DNA of 63,632 nucleotides, the filler included. It is 8 parts of 8 records of this genome, joined end to end, with 100 filler letters (N's around TTAATTAATTAA, not from the genome) between each part and the next. Parts side by side here need not be neighbours in the genome. Positions count along the whole stretch, not along the records: positions 22,631 to 33,331 come from SRR20825006_1416; positions 33,432 to 38,910 come from SRR20825006_1417; positions 39,011 to 46,817 come from SRR20825006_1420; 5 more parts are not named here. One strand, 5' to 3'. Numbering within the stretch: position 1 is the first letter of the stretch; every line of letters starts with the position of its first letter. Positions 29,639 through 41,569 of the stretch are shown here, piece after piece. The translations under genes were made by a program, and so were the position numbers. The notes under the pieces are model-generated. The model saw nothing but the letters and a program-made list of their open reading frames with translations. It ran no database searches and was not told where the DNA came from.

Positions 29639-30438
29639 GGGGCGCGGCGCCTTCTCACCCGGCGCGGGGCGGTCTCCTCGCTCAGGAATCGATCCATCAG
29701 ACTGGCCTGCAGGCCCAGCATATGCTGTTCGGCCTCGGCCATGTGTTCGGCCAGGATCGCGGCGGCCGCATCAGCGTCGCGGCGGCGCATGGCGGCAATC
29801 AGGTCGCGCTGATGCTCGATGCCGGACTGACGCAGCACCGGTTCGGGCTGGACATAGATGTCCTGGGCAATCGCGAGATCCTTGAGCAGGCGCTGCAGAA
29901 ACCGGCAGGTGAAGGCGAGGATGGGGTTGTCGGCATATTCGGCAACCACGCCATGGAAATCGAGCTCGGCCATACGCTGGTTCCAGCGCTCGGTGGCGTC
30001 GGCAGGTTCGTGGTCATAGACCGAAATGATGGCTTCGAGACGTTTGATCCCGGCCTCGTCAATATGCGGGGTGGCGCTGGCGGCCACCAGCGGTTCGAGC
30101 GCCTTGCGCATCTCGTAGATATTGGCGATCGAGAGGTTCTTGGCGAACAGGAAATTGGACAGCAGGCTCATCGCCCGCCCTTCGGACATGCGCTCGATAA
30201 AAGCGCCGCCACCGGGGCCCGTGCGCACCGAGATCAGCCCCTGCACCTCGAGCGCCTTGAGCGCTTCGCGCACCGTGCCCTTGCTGGCGGCGAACTGGGT
30301 GATGAGGTCGCGTTCCTGCGGCAGGCGGTCACCGGGGGCCAGCCCGTGCTCGACAATCATGCGCTTGATGGCATCGACAATCTCGTCCGTCCGCTTGCGG
30401 CGGGGCAGGTCGGTCAGCGCCGGGTCGATCTCGTTCAT
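29635..30438 (-). CDS. GntR/FadR family regulator
   Basis: PGDRLPQERDL..., VREALKALE..G, FCD domain (DFH, EHQ, EHM). Confidence 0.92.
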   Translation of the reverse strand: MNEIDPALTDLPRRKRTDEIVDAIKRMIVEHGLAPGDRLPQERDLITQFAASKGTVREALKALEVQGLISVRTGPGGGAFIERMSEGRAMSLLSNFLFAKNLSIANIYEMRKALEPLVAASATPHIDEAGIKRLEAIISVYDHEPADATERWNQRMAELDFHGVVAEYADNPILAFTCRFLQRLLKDLAIAQDIYVQPEPVLRQSGIEHQRDLIAAMRRRDADAAAAILAEHMAEAEQHMLGLQASLMDRFLSEETAPRRVRRRRAP

Positions 30439-31237
30439 GCAATATCCGGTGAAGTCAGGCGCGGCGCACTGGAGATGAGCGCCCGCGTATAGTCATGTTG
30501 CGGGGTGGCAAAGAGGCGGGCGGCCGGGCCAACCTCCACCACCTCTCCCAGATACATGACCGCGACCCGATCGGAAATCGATTCGACCACCGCCAGGTCG
30601 TGACTGATGAACAAATAAGACAGCCCCAGATCGTAGCGCAATTGCTGGAGCAGGAGGAGGACCTGGGCCTGCACCGACACGTCGAGCGCGCTGACCGGCT
30701 CGTCCAGCACCAGGATCCGCGCCTCGGCCGCGAGGGCCCGGGCAATGGCAATGCGCTGAGCCTGGCCGCCGGAGAATTCGTGCGGGAAGCGCTCGAGCGT
30801 ATCGATCGGCATCTGCACGGCGTCGATGAGTTCCTTTTTGCGGCTGGCGCGCTTGCCGGCATCATAGCCGCAGAGAAGACGCAGCGGGACGTCGAGGATT
30901 TCGCCAATGGTCTTGCGCGGGTTGAGCGAGGCCACCGGGTCCTGAAACACATATTGAATGGTGCGGCCAAAGGCACGGGAGCCGGTTGCGGCCAGTTCCG
31001 CCCAGGGCTTGCCATCGATCTGCATCGTGCCCGAGGTCGGGGCTTCAAGACCCACCAGCATGCGTGCCAGGGTGGATTTGCCCGAGCCGCTTTCCCCAAC
31101 AATGCCCAGGGTCTCGCCGCGCTTGAGATCGAGTGTGATCCCCTTGACCGCCTGGACCTCGCTGGCCATCCGTCCGAACAGGCTGCGCCCGCCGCCGAAG
31201 GTCTTGATCAGGTCGCGCATTTCAACAGCGTTGTCGC

Positions 31238-31241
<4 letters not shown>
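30435..31241 (-). CDS. peptide ABC transporter ATPase (DppF/OppF-like)
   Basis: GESGSGKS, FQDP, FSGGQAQR, LDEPVSALDVSVQAQ. Confidence 0.94.
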
Positions 31242-33018
<1,777 letters not shown>

Positions 33019-33022
<4 letters not shown>

Positions 33023-33331
33023 GCCTTGAGCCTCGGATCGAGCATGGCCTGGGCGACATCGGCCAAAAGGTTGACGAGCACATAGAGGGTGGCGGCGACG
33101 AGCACGCCGCCCTGCACCAGCAGCAGGTCGCGGGTGGAGACGGCCTTGACCAGCATCTGCCCCAGCCCCGGCCACTGGAATACGGTTTCGATATAGACGG
33201 CGCCGCCGAGCACGAAGCCGGTCTGAATGCCGATGACCGGGATGATCGAGACCAGAGCGGCGCGAAAGGCGTGGCGGTAGATCACCGCGTTCTCGCTCAA
33301 CCCCTTGGCGCGGGCGGTGCGGATGAAATCC
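33019..33331 (-). CDS. peptide ABC permease DppB/OppB, C-terminal part
   Basis: FIRTARAKGL, ETVFQWPGLG, LDPRL. Confidence 0.9.
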
Positions 33332-33431
33332 NNNNNNNNNNNNNNNNNNNNNNNNNNNNNNNNNNNNNNNNNNNNTTAATTAATTAANNNNNNNNNNNNN
33401 NNNNNNNNNNNNNNNNNNNNNNNNNNNNNNN
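33332..33431. other. artificial contig spacer
   Basis: N44-TTAATTAATTAA-N44. Confidence 0.99.
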
Positions 33432-34316
33432 TATCAGGATTGGCGGCAACGGATGCTCCGGGTGCTCGGCCATATTGAGGCGCTGGTCGATTTTCCGGAC
33501 GAAGATCTGCCTCAAGAGGTCTGGGATGGGATCCGAGGCCAGGTGTATGACCTCGATGCATCAATTTCGGCCCACCTGGACGATGGCGGGCGGGGAGAGC
33601 GCCTCCGTGACGGCTTGCGTATGGCCATAATAGGCCCCCCGAACGCCGGTAAGTCTTCTCTCCTGAACTGGCTCTCCAAAAGGGATGCAGCGATAGTGTC
33701 CGAGGTAGCGGGTACAACACGTGACATCATCGAGATCCATCTGGACATATTTGGGTATCCCATCCTGGTAGCGGATACGGCAGGACTCCGTGAAGGGGCT
33801 GACTTTATCGAGTCCGAGGGCATTCGCAGGGCACGCGCCTGGGCTGAGACGGCTGATCTGGTCCTTGATCTGGCGGACGCGCGGTTTGCCGGGGAGAGGC
33901 AGGGGGCGGTCTCTGGAAATGCCGAACGGATCTTGATCGCGACTAAAGCTGATTTGCTTTCCGACGCTGAACGAGACCCGCTCAATAAAGACCGCATCAC
34001 CGTTTCCGTGGCGACGGGGGAGGGCATGGACCGGCTTCTGGCGATGATTGCCGATAAAGCAGCGGCCTTGATGGATCTGGGCGAAGCGCCGGCGATTACA
34101 CGGGCCCGGCATCGCGATGGGTTGACGGAATCCCTGGAGCATTTGCGGCGCGCGCTCGCACAATGCGCTTTCGAAGCGGAAGAGTTTGGTGTGGAATATG
34201 GGCTCGTGGCTGAGGATCTGCGCCTCGCGGCGCGGGCGCTGGGACGTGTGACCGGGGCCGTTGATATCGAGGAAATCCTCGATCTTGTGTTCTCGGAGTT
34301 CTGCATCGGCAAATAG
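33432..34316 (+). CDS. mnmE: tRNA modification GTPase MnmE (5' truncated)
   Basis: DFPDED, GPPNAGKSS, GTTRD, DTAG, C-terminal FCIGK. Confidence 0.97.
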   Translation, partial: YQDWRQRMLRVLGHIEALVDFPDEDLPQEVWDGIRGQVYDLDASISAHLDDGGRGERLRDGLRMAIIGPPNAGKSSLLNWLSKRDAAIVSEVAGTTRDIIEIHLDIFGYPILVADTAGLREGADFIESEGIRRARAWAETADLVLDLADARFAGERQGAVSGNAERILIATKADLLSDAERDPLNKDRITVSVATGEGMDRLLAMIADKAAALMDLGEAPAITRARHRDGLTESLEHLRRALAQCAFEAEEFGVEYGLVAEDLRLAARALGRVTGAVDIEEILDLVFSEFCIGK

Positions 34317-34322
34317 AGCCTC

Positions 34323-34338
34323 CGTTTCACGTGAAACA
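34323..34338. promoter_or_regulatory. parS centromere site
   Basis: CGTTTCACGTGAAACA, 1 mismatch to TGTTTCACGTGAAACA. Confidence 0.92.
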
Positions 34339-34433
34339 TGCAGAGCGGATATCGCGAAACAGAGATTGCCTTTTGCCGGATGCCACAGCATTTTGGGCCA
34401 CATATTTTCCGCACTGATCCGGAGACGGACGCG

Positions 34434-36296
34434 ATGTACGACGTGATAGTCGTTGGCGGCGGCCACGCAGGCTGTGAAGCGGCCGCAGCGGCGGCCCGGA
34501 TGGGCGCTCGCACGCTTCTCGCCACCCATAAGATCGAGACCATCGGTGAGATGTCCTGCAACCCGGCAATCGGGGGACTCGGCAAGGGCCACCTCGTGCG
34601 CGAAGTGGATGCACTGGACGGCATCATGGGCCGGGCCATTGACCGGGCGGGCATCCAGTTCCGCATGCTGAACCGGAGCAAGGGCCCGGCCGTGCGTGGC
34701 CCGCGGGCCCAGGCGGACAGGGCACTCTATCGCGCGGCGATCCGGGACCTGCTTGAAAATCAGGACAACCTGACGATCGAAGCGGCGTCCGTTGAAGATC
34801 TGCTGCTGGACCAGTCCGGTGCGATTATCGGGATCGTTGTCGATGGCGGCCGGGAGATCAAAGCCGGTGCCGTTGTACTGACGACCGGCACGTTCCTGCG
34901 CGGCGAGATTCATCTGGGGGAAGAGCGACGCCCCGCTGGCCGGGTCGGTGACGCACCGTCCGTCGCGTTGGCCGAAACCCTGGCGCGCTTTGGTTTCAAG
35001 CTCGGCCGTCTCAAGACAGGAACCCCGGCTCGGCTGGATGGAACGACAATCGACTGGTCCGGCTTGCAGGAGCAGAAGGCGGACGATCCGCCTGAGCCGT
35101 TTTCCTATCTGACGGACCGCATCACGGTGCCGCAGATCAGCTGCCACATCACCTATACGAACCCTGAAACCCATCAGGTGATCCGGGACAATCTGCATCG
35201 CTCGGCGATGTATGGCGGACGGATCGAAGGGGTCGGGCCGCGCTACTGTCCGTCGATCGAGGACAAGGTGGTTCGGTTCGAAGATCGCTCTCAACATCAG
35301 ATCTTTCTTGAACCTGAAGGACTTGATGATCCGACGGTCTATCCGAACGGGATATCGACGTCGCTACCGGCCGATGTGCAGGCGGAAATGTTCAAGACCA
35401 TCCCCGGTCTGGAAAACGCCCGGATCATCCGCCCCGGATATGCGATCGAATATGATTACGTGGATCCGCGCGAGCTCTCCCACACGCTGGCGACCAAGAA
35501 GATCCCCGGGCTTTATTTCGCCGGGCAGATCAATGGCACGACGGGATACGAAGAAGCTGCGGCACAGGGTCTGATGGCCGGTGTGAATGCCGCGCTTCAA
35601 ACCGGTGGCCAGGAGCGTGACTTCGTGCTGGACCGCGCGGATGCCTATATCGGCGTTCTGATCGACGATCTGGTGACCAAGGGGGTGAGTGAGCCCTATC
35701 GCATGCTGACCTCCCGGGCTGAGTACCGGCTGCGACTGCGGGCCGATAACGCGGATCAGCGGCTTACGCATAAAGGCATGGAAATAGGCTGTGTCGGTGT
35801 GGAGCGGGCCGGGGTGTTTGAGGTCAAGCTTGGCGCAATCCAGCAGGGAAGAGCTCTTGCCCTGAAGCTCGGCGATACACCCAACGCGCTGCAGAAGGCC
35901 GGGATCAAGATCAACCAGGATGGCGTCTGGCGGAGTGCCTACGACCTGCTTGGCTATCGTACGGTCAGCTGGGATGCGCTCGTCGCGCTCTGGCCTGATC
36001 TTGGCGGTCTGGAGCCGGCGGTGGCTGAGCAGATACAGATCGATGCACAATATGCCGGCTATATAGAGCGGCAGGAGGTAGACGTTGCGGCGTATCGCCG
36101 GGACGAGGGGCTCGAAATCCCGGCAGGCCTCGACTATGCGGCTATCTCCGGCCTCTCTACCGAGGTGCGGGAGAAGTTCACCAAGGTGGCGCCGCGTACC
36201 ATCGGGCAAGCCGCCAGGATCGATGGGGTCACGCCCGCGGCCGTCATTCTGCTCCTGCGGTATGTCCGGCGGCAGGCCAAACAAGACGCCGCCTGA
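34434..36296 (+). CDS. mnmG: tRNA modification enzyme MnmG (GidA)
   Basis: [52 protein letters not shown] 34434. Confidence 0.98.
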   Translation: MYDVIVVGGGHAGCEAAAAAARMGARTLLATHKIETIGEMSCNPAIGGLGKGHLVREVDALDGIMGRAIDRAGIQFRMLNRSKGPAVRGPRAQADRALYRAAIRDLLENQDNLTIEAASVEDLLLDQSGAIIGIVVDGGREIKAGAVVLTTGTFLRGEIHLGEERRPAGRVGDAPSVALAETLARFGFKLGRLKTGTPARLDGTTIDWSGLQEQKADDPPEPFSYLTDRITVPQISCHITYTNPETHQVIRDNLHRSAMYGGRIEGVGPRYCPSIEDKVVRFEDRSQHQIFLEPEGLDDPTVYPNGISTSLPADVQAEMFKTIPGLENARIIRPGYAIEYDYVDPRELSHTLATKKIPGLYFAGQINGTTGYEEAAAQGLMAGVNAALQTGGQERDFVLDRADAYIGVLIDDLVTKGVSEPYRMLTSRAEYRLRLRADNADQRLTHKGMEIGCVGVERAGVFEVKLGAIQQGRALALKLGDTPNALQKAGIKINQDGVWRSAYDLLGYRTVSWDALVALWPDLGGLEPAVAEQIQIDAQYAGYIERQEVDVAAYRRDEGLEIPAGLDYAAISGLSTEVREKFTKVAPRTIGQAARIDGVTPAAVILLLRYVRRQAKQDAA

Positions 36297-36339
36297 AGGC
36301 CCGCGCCCAAAAGACGAAGCCCCTGAGGACGGAGACACC

Positions 36340-36966
36340 GTGAATCCTGAAGAATTTACCGCCCGTGCCGGCGTTTCACGTGAAACGCTGGAGAGGCTGA
36401 AAATCTATGCCGAGATGGTCGAGCGGTATCAGCGGGCCATTAATCTGGTGTCCAAAAACACACTCGGCGATATCTGGCGCCGGCACTTTCTGGATTCCGC
36501 GCAGGTCTTTCCCGAACTGCCCAAGAATCATGAACGCATTCTCGACCTTGGAAGCGGCGCCGGCTTCCCCGGCATGGTCCTCGCGATCATGGGCGCAAGG
36601 GGTGTCCATCTGTGTGAATCAGATCAGCGCAAATCGGTCTTTCTGCGTGAGGTTGCGCGGGCCTGCGGCGCCGAGGCGACGGTTCACTCTTGTAGAATTG
36701 AAGAGTTAGAGCCACTAGATGTAGATGTAGTCTCTGCGCGTGCTCTCGCGACTGTCGATGTATTACTCGACTACTCCAGGCCACACCTCAAGAATGACGG
36801 GTGTTGTCTCTTCCTGAAGGGTAGGGCCGTTCAGAAGGAATTGACTACTGCACGGGAAAGGTGGAATATGGCGGAAACCCTCACCCCGAGCTGGTCGGAC
36901 CCCGAGGGATGTCTCTTGCGCTTGGAGGGCATATCATATGTCAGAAGCAATGGTGCTGAGGGGTGA
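36340..36966 (+). CDS. rsmG: 16S rRNA m7G527 methyltransferase RsmG (GidB)
   Basis: INLV, WRRHFLDS, DLGSGAGFPG, SARALA; GTG 36340 with GGAG RBS. Confidence 0.95.
   Translation: MNPEEFTARAGVSRETLERLKIYAEMVERYQRAINLVSKNTLGDIWRRHFLDSAQVFPELPKNHERILDLGSGAGFPGMVLAIMGARGVHLCESDQRKSVFLREVARACGAEATVHSCRIEELEPLDVDVVSARALATVDVLLDYSRPHLKNDGCCLFLKGRAVQKELTTARERWNMAETLTPSWSDPEGCLLRLEGISYVRSNGAEG
36372..36387. promoter_or_regulatory. parS site inside rsmG (encodes VSRET)
   Basis: Perfect palindrome CGTTTCACGTGAAACG. Confidence 0.9.
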
Positions 36967-37765
36967 TGCAGCCGTAGCGCCCCGGATTTTGGCGGTTGTT
37001 AATCAAAAAGGCGGGGTTGGCAAGACCACAACAGCCATCAACCTCGCAACTGCGCTTGCGGCCTGTCAGAAAAAAGTCCTGGTGATCGATCTCGATCCAC
37101 AGGGCAATGCGAGCACCGGCCTCGGCGTGCCGCGCAATAATCGCGAGAATGACTCCTACTCGGTTCTGATCGGTGCCTCGCCAATTACCGAAGCGATCAC
37201 CGCAACCGATGTTCCCCGCCTCTCCATCGTGCCGTCCTCCGTCCACCTGTCCGGCGCGGAGATCGAACTGGTCACCATGGAAGACCGGGAGTTTCGTCTG
37301 CGTGAGGCTCTGGTCCGGCATCTCGCCGCTGGCCGGAACACATATGACTATATCCTGATCGATTGTCCGCCTTCGCTCGGTCTGCTGACCCTGAACGCGC
37401 TGGTCGCGGCCGACGCGGTGCTGGTGCCGCTGCAATGCGAGTTCTATGCGCTCGAAGGTCTCAGCCAGCTGATGCGGACCATCGAGCGGATCCGCGTTGC
37501 CTTCAACCCGGATCTGGAAATCCAGGGTGTGGTGCTGACCATGTTCGACCGCCGCAACAATCTCTCCCTTGCGGTCGCAGAGGATGTGCGGGAGCATTTC
37601 GGGGACAAGGTTTACCGGACGGTGATCCCGCGCAACGTGCGGATCTCGGAAGCGCCGTCTCACGGCTTGCCGGTGATTGTCTATGATATGCGCTGCACCG
37701 GCTCGCAGGCTTATATCCATCTGGCCAGCGAAGTGATGAAGCGCGAAAGGAGCATTGCCGCGTGA
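36938..37765 (+). CDS. parA: chromosome partitioning ATPase ParA
   Basis: NQKGGVGKTTT, DLDPQGNA, IDCPPSLG, IPRNVRISEAPS. Confidence 0.96.
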   Translation: MSEAMVLRGDAAVAPRILAVVNQKGGVGKTTTAINLATALAACQKKVLVIDLDPQGNASTGLGVPRNNRENDSYSVLIGASPITEAITATDVPRLSIVPSSVHLSGAEIELVTMEDREFRLREALVRHLAAGRNTYDYILIDCPPSLGLLTLNALVAADAVLVPLQCEFYALEGLSQLMRTIERIRVAFNPDLEIQGVVLTMFDRRNNLSLAVAEDVREHFGDKVYRTVIPRNVRISEAPSHGLPVIVYDMRCTGSQAYIHLASEVMKRERSIAA

Positions 37766-38826
37766 GTACGGAAGAGGGCAGCGCAAAGAAACGCCGCCTC
37801 GGACGGGGGCTTGCCTCTCTGCTTGGCGAAGACGGTTCGGAGACCGGCTCGGTCGACCGGATGCAGCAAAGCCGGACGGTGCCGATCGAGCACGTCCATC
37901 CGGGCCGTTTCCAGCCGCGCCGCATTTTCAACGAAGACGAGCTCGAGGCGCTTGCCGAGAGCATTCGCGAGAAGGGTGTCATCCAGCCGATCCTGCTGCG
38001 GCGGGACCCGGACCGTGATGGCACCTTCGAGATTATCGCCGGCGAACGCCGCTGGCGGGCGGCCCAGCGCGCGCAGCTGCATGAGATCCCGGCACAGATC
38101 CGCGAGTTCAATGACCGCGAAGCGCTTGAGATCGCGATCATCGAGAATGTGCAGCGCGAGGATCTCAGCCCGTTGGAAGAAGCGGAGGGCTACCAACGCC
38201 TGGTGGACGGTCACGGCCACTCCCAGTCCGATGTTGCACAAGCCGTTGGAAAGAGCCGCAGCCACGTCGCCAACATGATGCGCCTCCTGGCACTACCTGC
38301 GGAGGTCAGAACGCATCTTGAGTCGGGGGATATCTCTGCCGGCCACGCCCGGGCCCTGCTGACGGCGGAGCATCCGGCGGCACTGGTTTCGGAAGTTGTC
38401 CGGCGTCATCTCAATGTGCGCGAGACCGAGCGTCTGGTGCAGAAGGAGAAGCAGCCGGTCTCGCCTTCGGCGCCGCGTCAGGCCCGGCAGAAAAAGTCGG
38501 TCGAGAAAGATGCGGACACGAAGGCGCTCGAAAAGGATCTCTCGGACAAGCTCGGGTTGCATGTGGAAATCGCCGCAGGCGTCGACGGACAGTCGGGCGC
38601 GGTGATGATCCAGTATGAGTCTCTGGAGCAACTGGACTCTCTGCTGGCGATCATGAGTGCGCCGCGCACGGTCTCGGCCGATATGAGCGCGCCGGCCATG
38701 TCCGGGTTTCTGGCCGACGTTCCGGACTATGATCAGGAGACGGCGGATGAGATTGCCGACGCAGATGGCAATTCCATCGACTTTAGCGACCTGATGAAAG
38801 AGGACGATACTGTAAAACCGGCCTGA
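37762..38826 (+). CDS. parB: chromosome partitioning protein ParB with acidic C-terminal extension
   Basis: RRLGRGLASLL, QPRR, IIAGERRWRAA, ENVQREDL, GKSRSHVAN, SAGHARAL. Confidence 0.96.
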   Translation: MSTEEGSAKKRRLGRGLASLLGEDGSETGSVDRMQQSRTVPIEHVHPGRFQPRRIFNEDELEALAESIREKGVIQPILLRRDPDRDGTFEIIAGERRWRAAQRAQLHEIPAQIREFNDREALEIAIIENVQREDLSPLEEAEGYQRLVDGHGHSQSDVAQAVGKSRSHVANMMRLLALPAEVRTHLESGDISAGHARALLTAEHPAALVSEVVRRHLNVRETERLVQKEKQPVSPSAPRQARQKKSVEKDADTKALEKDLSDKLGLHVEIAAGVDGQSGAVMIQYESLEQLDSLLAIMSAPRTVSADMSAPAMSGFLADVPDYDQETADEIADADGNSIDFSDLMKEDDTVKPA

Positions 38827-38910
38827 GCCGGTTTATCGCGACCCTCTAGGACGCCCTCTGGCGGCACTGTAAGCAAGTCCCAGCAGGGTCTGCCCCGCAA
38901 CAGAGAGATC

Positions 38911-39010
38911 NNNNNNNNNNNNNNNNNNNNNNNNNNNNNNNNNNNNNNNNNNNNTTAATTAATTAANNNNNNNNNNNNNNNNNNNNNNNNNNNNNNNNNN
39001 NNNNNNNNNN
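38911..39010. other. artificial contig spacer
   Basis: N44-TTAATTAATTAA-N44. Confidence 0.99.
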
Positions 39011-40250
39011 CTCCGATCCCTGCATCGCCTACCTGATGGAGGAAAACAACATCACCATGCAAGCGCTGGTCATCGCCCATGCCAGCTATGGCCATAATTC
39101 ATTCTTCAAGAACAACTATCTTTTCAAAACCTGGACGGATGCCTCGTCCATCATTGATTACCTGGTGTTCGCCCGAAACTATATTGCGGACTGTGAGCAA
39201 CGCCATGGCGTCAAGGCCGTGGAGGAAACCCTGGACTCCTGCCATGCGCTGATGAACTACGGGGTGGACCGCTACAAGCGCCCTTCGCCCATTTCCGCCG
39301 TGGAGGAAAAGCGCCGGCAACGGGAACGGGAAGCGTCACTGCAGAAACAGATTTCAGAGCTTTGGCGCACTTTTCCGCAGTTACAGCCTGCCGTTCAATT
39401 ACGCGAGGAGGCCCCAAACTTTCCGGCTGAGCCCCAGGAAAACCTGCTCTACTTCCTCGAAAAAAACGCCCCCTTACTGGCTCCCTGGCAGCGGGAAATC
39501 ATCCGTATCGTGCGAAAGATGGCCCAGTACTTTTACCCCCAGCGCCAGACCAAGGTAATGAACGAAGGCTGGGCCTGCCTGTGGCATTACACCCTGCTGA
39601 ACGATCTTTATGATCAGGGGAAAGTCACGGATGGCTTCATGCTCGAATTTCTCCAGAACCATAGCCAGGTGATTTACCAGCCACCGTTCACTGCGCCCTT
39701 TTACAGCGGCATGAATCCCTACGCTCTAGGCTTCAACATGTTCCAGGACATCCGCCGCATCTGCGAAACCCCGGACGACGAAGACCGAGAATGGTTCCCG
39801 GAAATTGCCGGCTCGGATTGGTTGAGTACGGTGAAATTCGCCATGGAAAGCTTCAAGGATGAAAGCTTTATTCAGCAGTTCCTATCGCCACGTCTGATCC
39901 GTTATTTCAAGTTTTTCCAGATCGCCGACGATGACCGTAACGACTACGTGGAAGTGGGCGCCATTCATAACGAACAGGGCTACCGAAAAGTCCGTGACGC
40001 GCTGGCTGAGCAATACAACCTGAGCATTCAGGAACCCAACATCCAGGTGGTCAACGCCAATGTGCACGGTGATCGCACGCTGACCTTGCGCCACCAACGC
40101 AACAGCGGCCGGCCACTGGATGAAAACAGTGCCCGGGAGGTACTACGCCATCTGCACCGCTTGTGGAAGTTTGAGGTCCGCCTGGAGAGTGTTGAGCACG
40201 GCAGCGTACTGAACGAATTCAGCATGCCACCGCCCACCGTTATTTCCTGA
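39011..40250 (+). CDS. SpoVR family protein (YcgB-like), 5' truncated
   Basis: AHASYGHNSFFKNNY, QYFYPQRQTKVMNEGWA, NPYALGF, FKDESFI. Confidence 0.94.
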
Positions 40251-40267
40251 TCCGGACACGACCGACA

Positions 40268-41212
40268 TCATGGCACCGGATCCAGGGTAGCGGCTGCTTC
40301 AGACTCTGCCATTTGCTTCAGCTGGCGGCGTACCTTGTGATCCCCCAGCAAGAAAAGCGACAACGCGAGCACAATCAATGCGGCGCCCGCCAGCACCAGA
40401 GCTCCAAGGCTTTCGCCGTTGAACAGGCTACCCAGCGACAGCGCCAACACCGGTGTTATCAGCGTCACCAGCGCCACGGTGGCCGCAGGCAAGCGCGCCA
40501 GTACCTGGTAGTAACAGTAAAAACCCAACAGCGAGCCGAACACCGCCAGATACAGGATGGCGGACAGGCCCCGATAGTCACCGCTAAAACTCAACGTCTG
40601 CCCGGTAATCACCATGCCGACGGCATAGCAGGGTAATGACAACAGCAAGCCGCCCACGGTCTGCTGCATGGGCTGCAGCCCGGCGGCCACACGTTGCACG
40701 GCGATGCCACTGCCGGCAAACAGGGTCACCGCGCTGAGCATCCACAGTAAGCCGACACCCCGGTCCCCCATGCCTTGCCCGGCGACCAGCACGTGCAGGC
40801 TGTCATCAAAGACCAGTGCCAATCCGGCCAGGCCGATCAGGCAGGCACTCCAGTGCCAGCGATTGAGGCGCGTCCCACCCGGCAAACCTTGCAGCATCAA
40901 CCCCGAGAGCAACGGCGCCAGGCCAAAGATCACCGAGATCAACCCGGAAGGCAGGTGCGCTGCTGCCATATAGCTACAGCCCATGGCACCGAAAATACCG
41001 GGCAGGGACGCCAGATAGCTAAGCCGCGCCCGGCGATGCAGCGGCAACGGCTGACGTTTCATCCACAACCAGCCCAGCCCCAGCAGCGCGGCGATGCCCA
41101 TGCGCACACCGGCTGCCGCCAGCGGCGCCATGGCCTCACCACTCCATTTAATCCCCAACGGCGTGGTTGCCCACACCGCCACCACGATCAAATACGCTGC
41201 CAGGGTTGGCAT
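40268..41212 (-). CDS. EamA/DMT family transporter
   Basis: About 10 TMs in two repeats; VWATTPLGIK, YLAVFGSLLGF, TLITPV...E. Confidence 0.92.
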   Translation of the reverse strand: MPTLAAYLIVVAVWATTPLGIKWSGEAMAPLAAAGVRMGIAALLGLGWLWMKRQPLPLHRRARLSYLASLPGIFGAMGCSYMAAAHLPSGLISVIFGLAPLLSGLMLQGLPGGTRLNRWHWSACLIGLAGLALVFDDSLHVLVAGQGMGDRGVGLLWMLSAVTLFAGSGIAVQRVAAGLQPMQQTVGGLLLSLPCYAVGMVITGQTLSFSGDYRGLSAILYLAVFGSLLGFYCYYQVLARLPAATVALVTLITPVLALSLGSLFNGESLGALVLAGAALIVLALSLFLLGDHKVRRQLKQMAESEAAATLDPVP

Positions 41213-41220
41213 GATTTTCT

Positions 41221-41378
41221 CCGCTTCAAGCTACACGCAACACGCATCAACGCGCTCATCGTTGCCTTTTGATTTACCACCTCACTGCCCGCGCTCAAAC
41301 ATTTGTGCGCGGGCAGTGCCTCAGGACTCCGGCTTGCGTTGATTCGCGTTGTTGCATGGAGCCTGTTGCGTGAAGCGG
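41221..41378. repeat. MITE/REP-doublet-like element: 34-bp imperfect terminal inverted repeats plus a central 12-bp hairpin
   Basis: 41221-41254 vs reverse complement of 41345-41378 match 27/34; CACTGCCCGCGC/GCGCGGGCAGTG at 41283-41318; related arm at 44934-44965. Confidence 0.65.
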
Positions 41379-41384
41379 CCCCAT

Positions 41385-41423
41385 AAAAAAAGGCCGCAGG
41401 TCGGGGACGCTGCGGCCTTTTTT
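41385..41423 (-). terminator. intrinsic terminator in the 5' leader of the EamA gene (attenuator)
   Basis: Minus strand AAAAAAGGCCGCAG-CGTCCCCGAC-CTGCGGCC-TTTTTTT, lying between divergent genes. Confidence 0.85.
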
Positions 41424-41437
41424 AAGAACTGAAACTT

Positions 41438-41533
41438 TCAGTCACACAGCCGTCGTCCCTGCGCACGCCATTTGCGTGCACAGCGGTCGACGACCAGCAT
41501 CAAAGAGTTCAGTTTCAGTACGATAGAAAGCAT
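41438..41533 (-). CDS. putative 31-aa leader peptide [31 protein letters not shown]
   Basis: My translation; stop 14 nt before the terminator; TTGTTT-N17-CAGAAT promoter ends 6 nt before the ATG. Confidence 0.55.
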   Translation of the reverse strand: MLSIVLKLNSLMLVVDRCARKWRAQGRRLCD

Positions 41534-41569
41534 GCGACCATTCTGCTCAAGAACTCACAGGTAAACAAG

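Noticed and set aside
36690-36870. Low-GC patch in rsmG as foreign DNA
   Set aside because: Frame and motifs are intact; better explained by an internal parA promoter (TTGACT-N17-GAATAT at 36841), itself unproven
41448-41494. Guanidine-II (mini-ykkC) riboswitch, from ACGA motif before a DMT-superfamily gene
   Set aside because: ACGA lies in a stem, not in two tandem tetraloop hairpins
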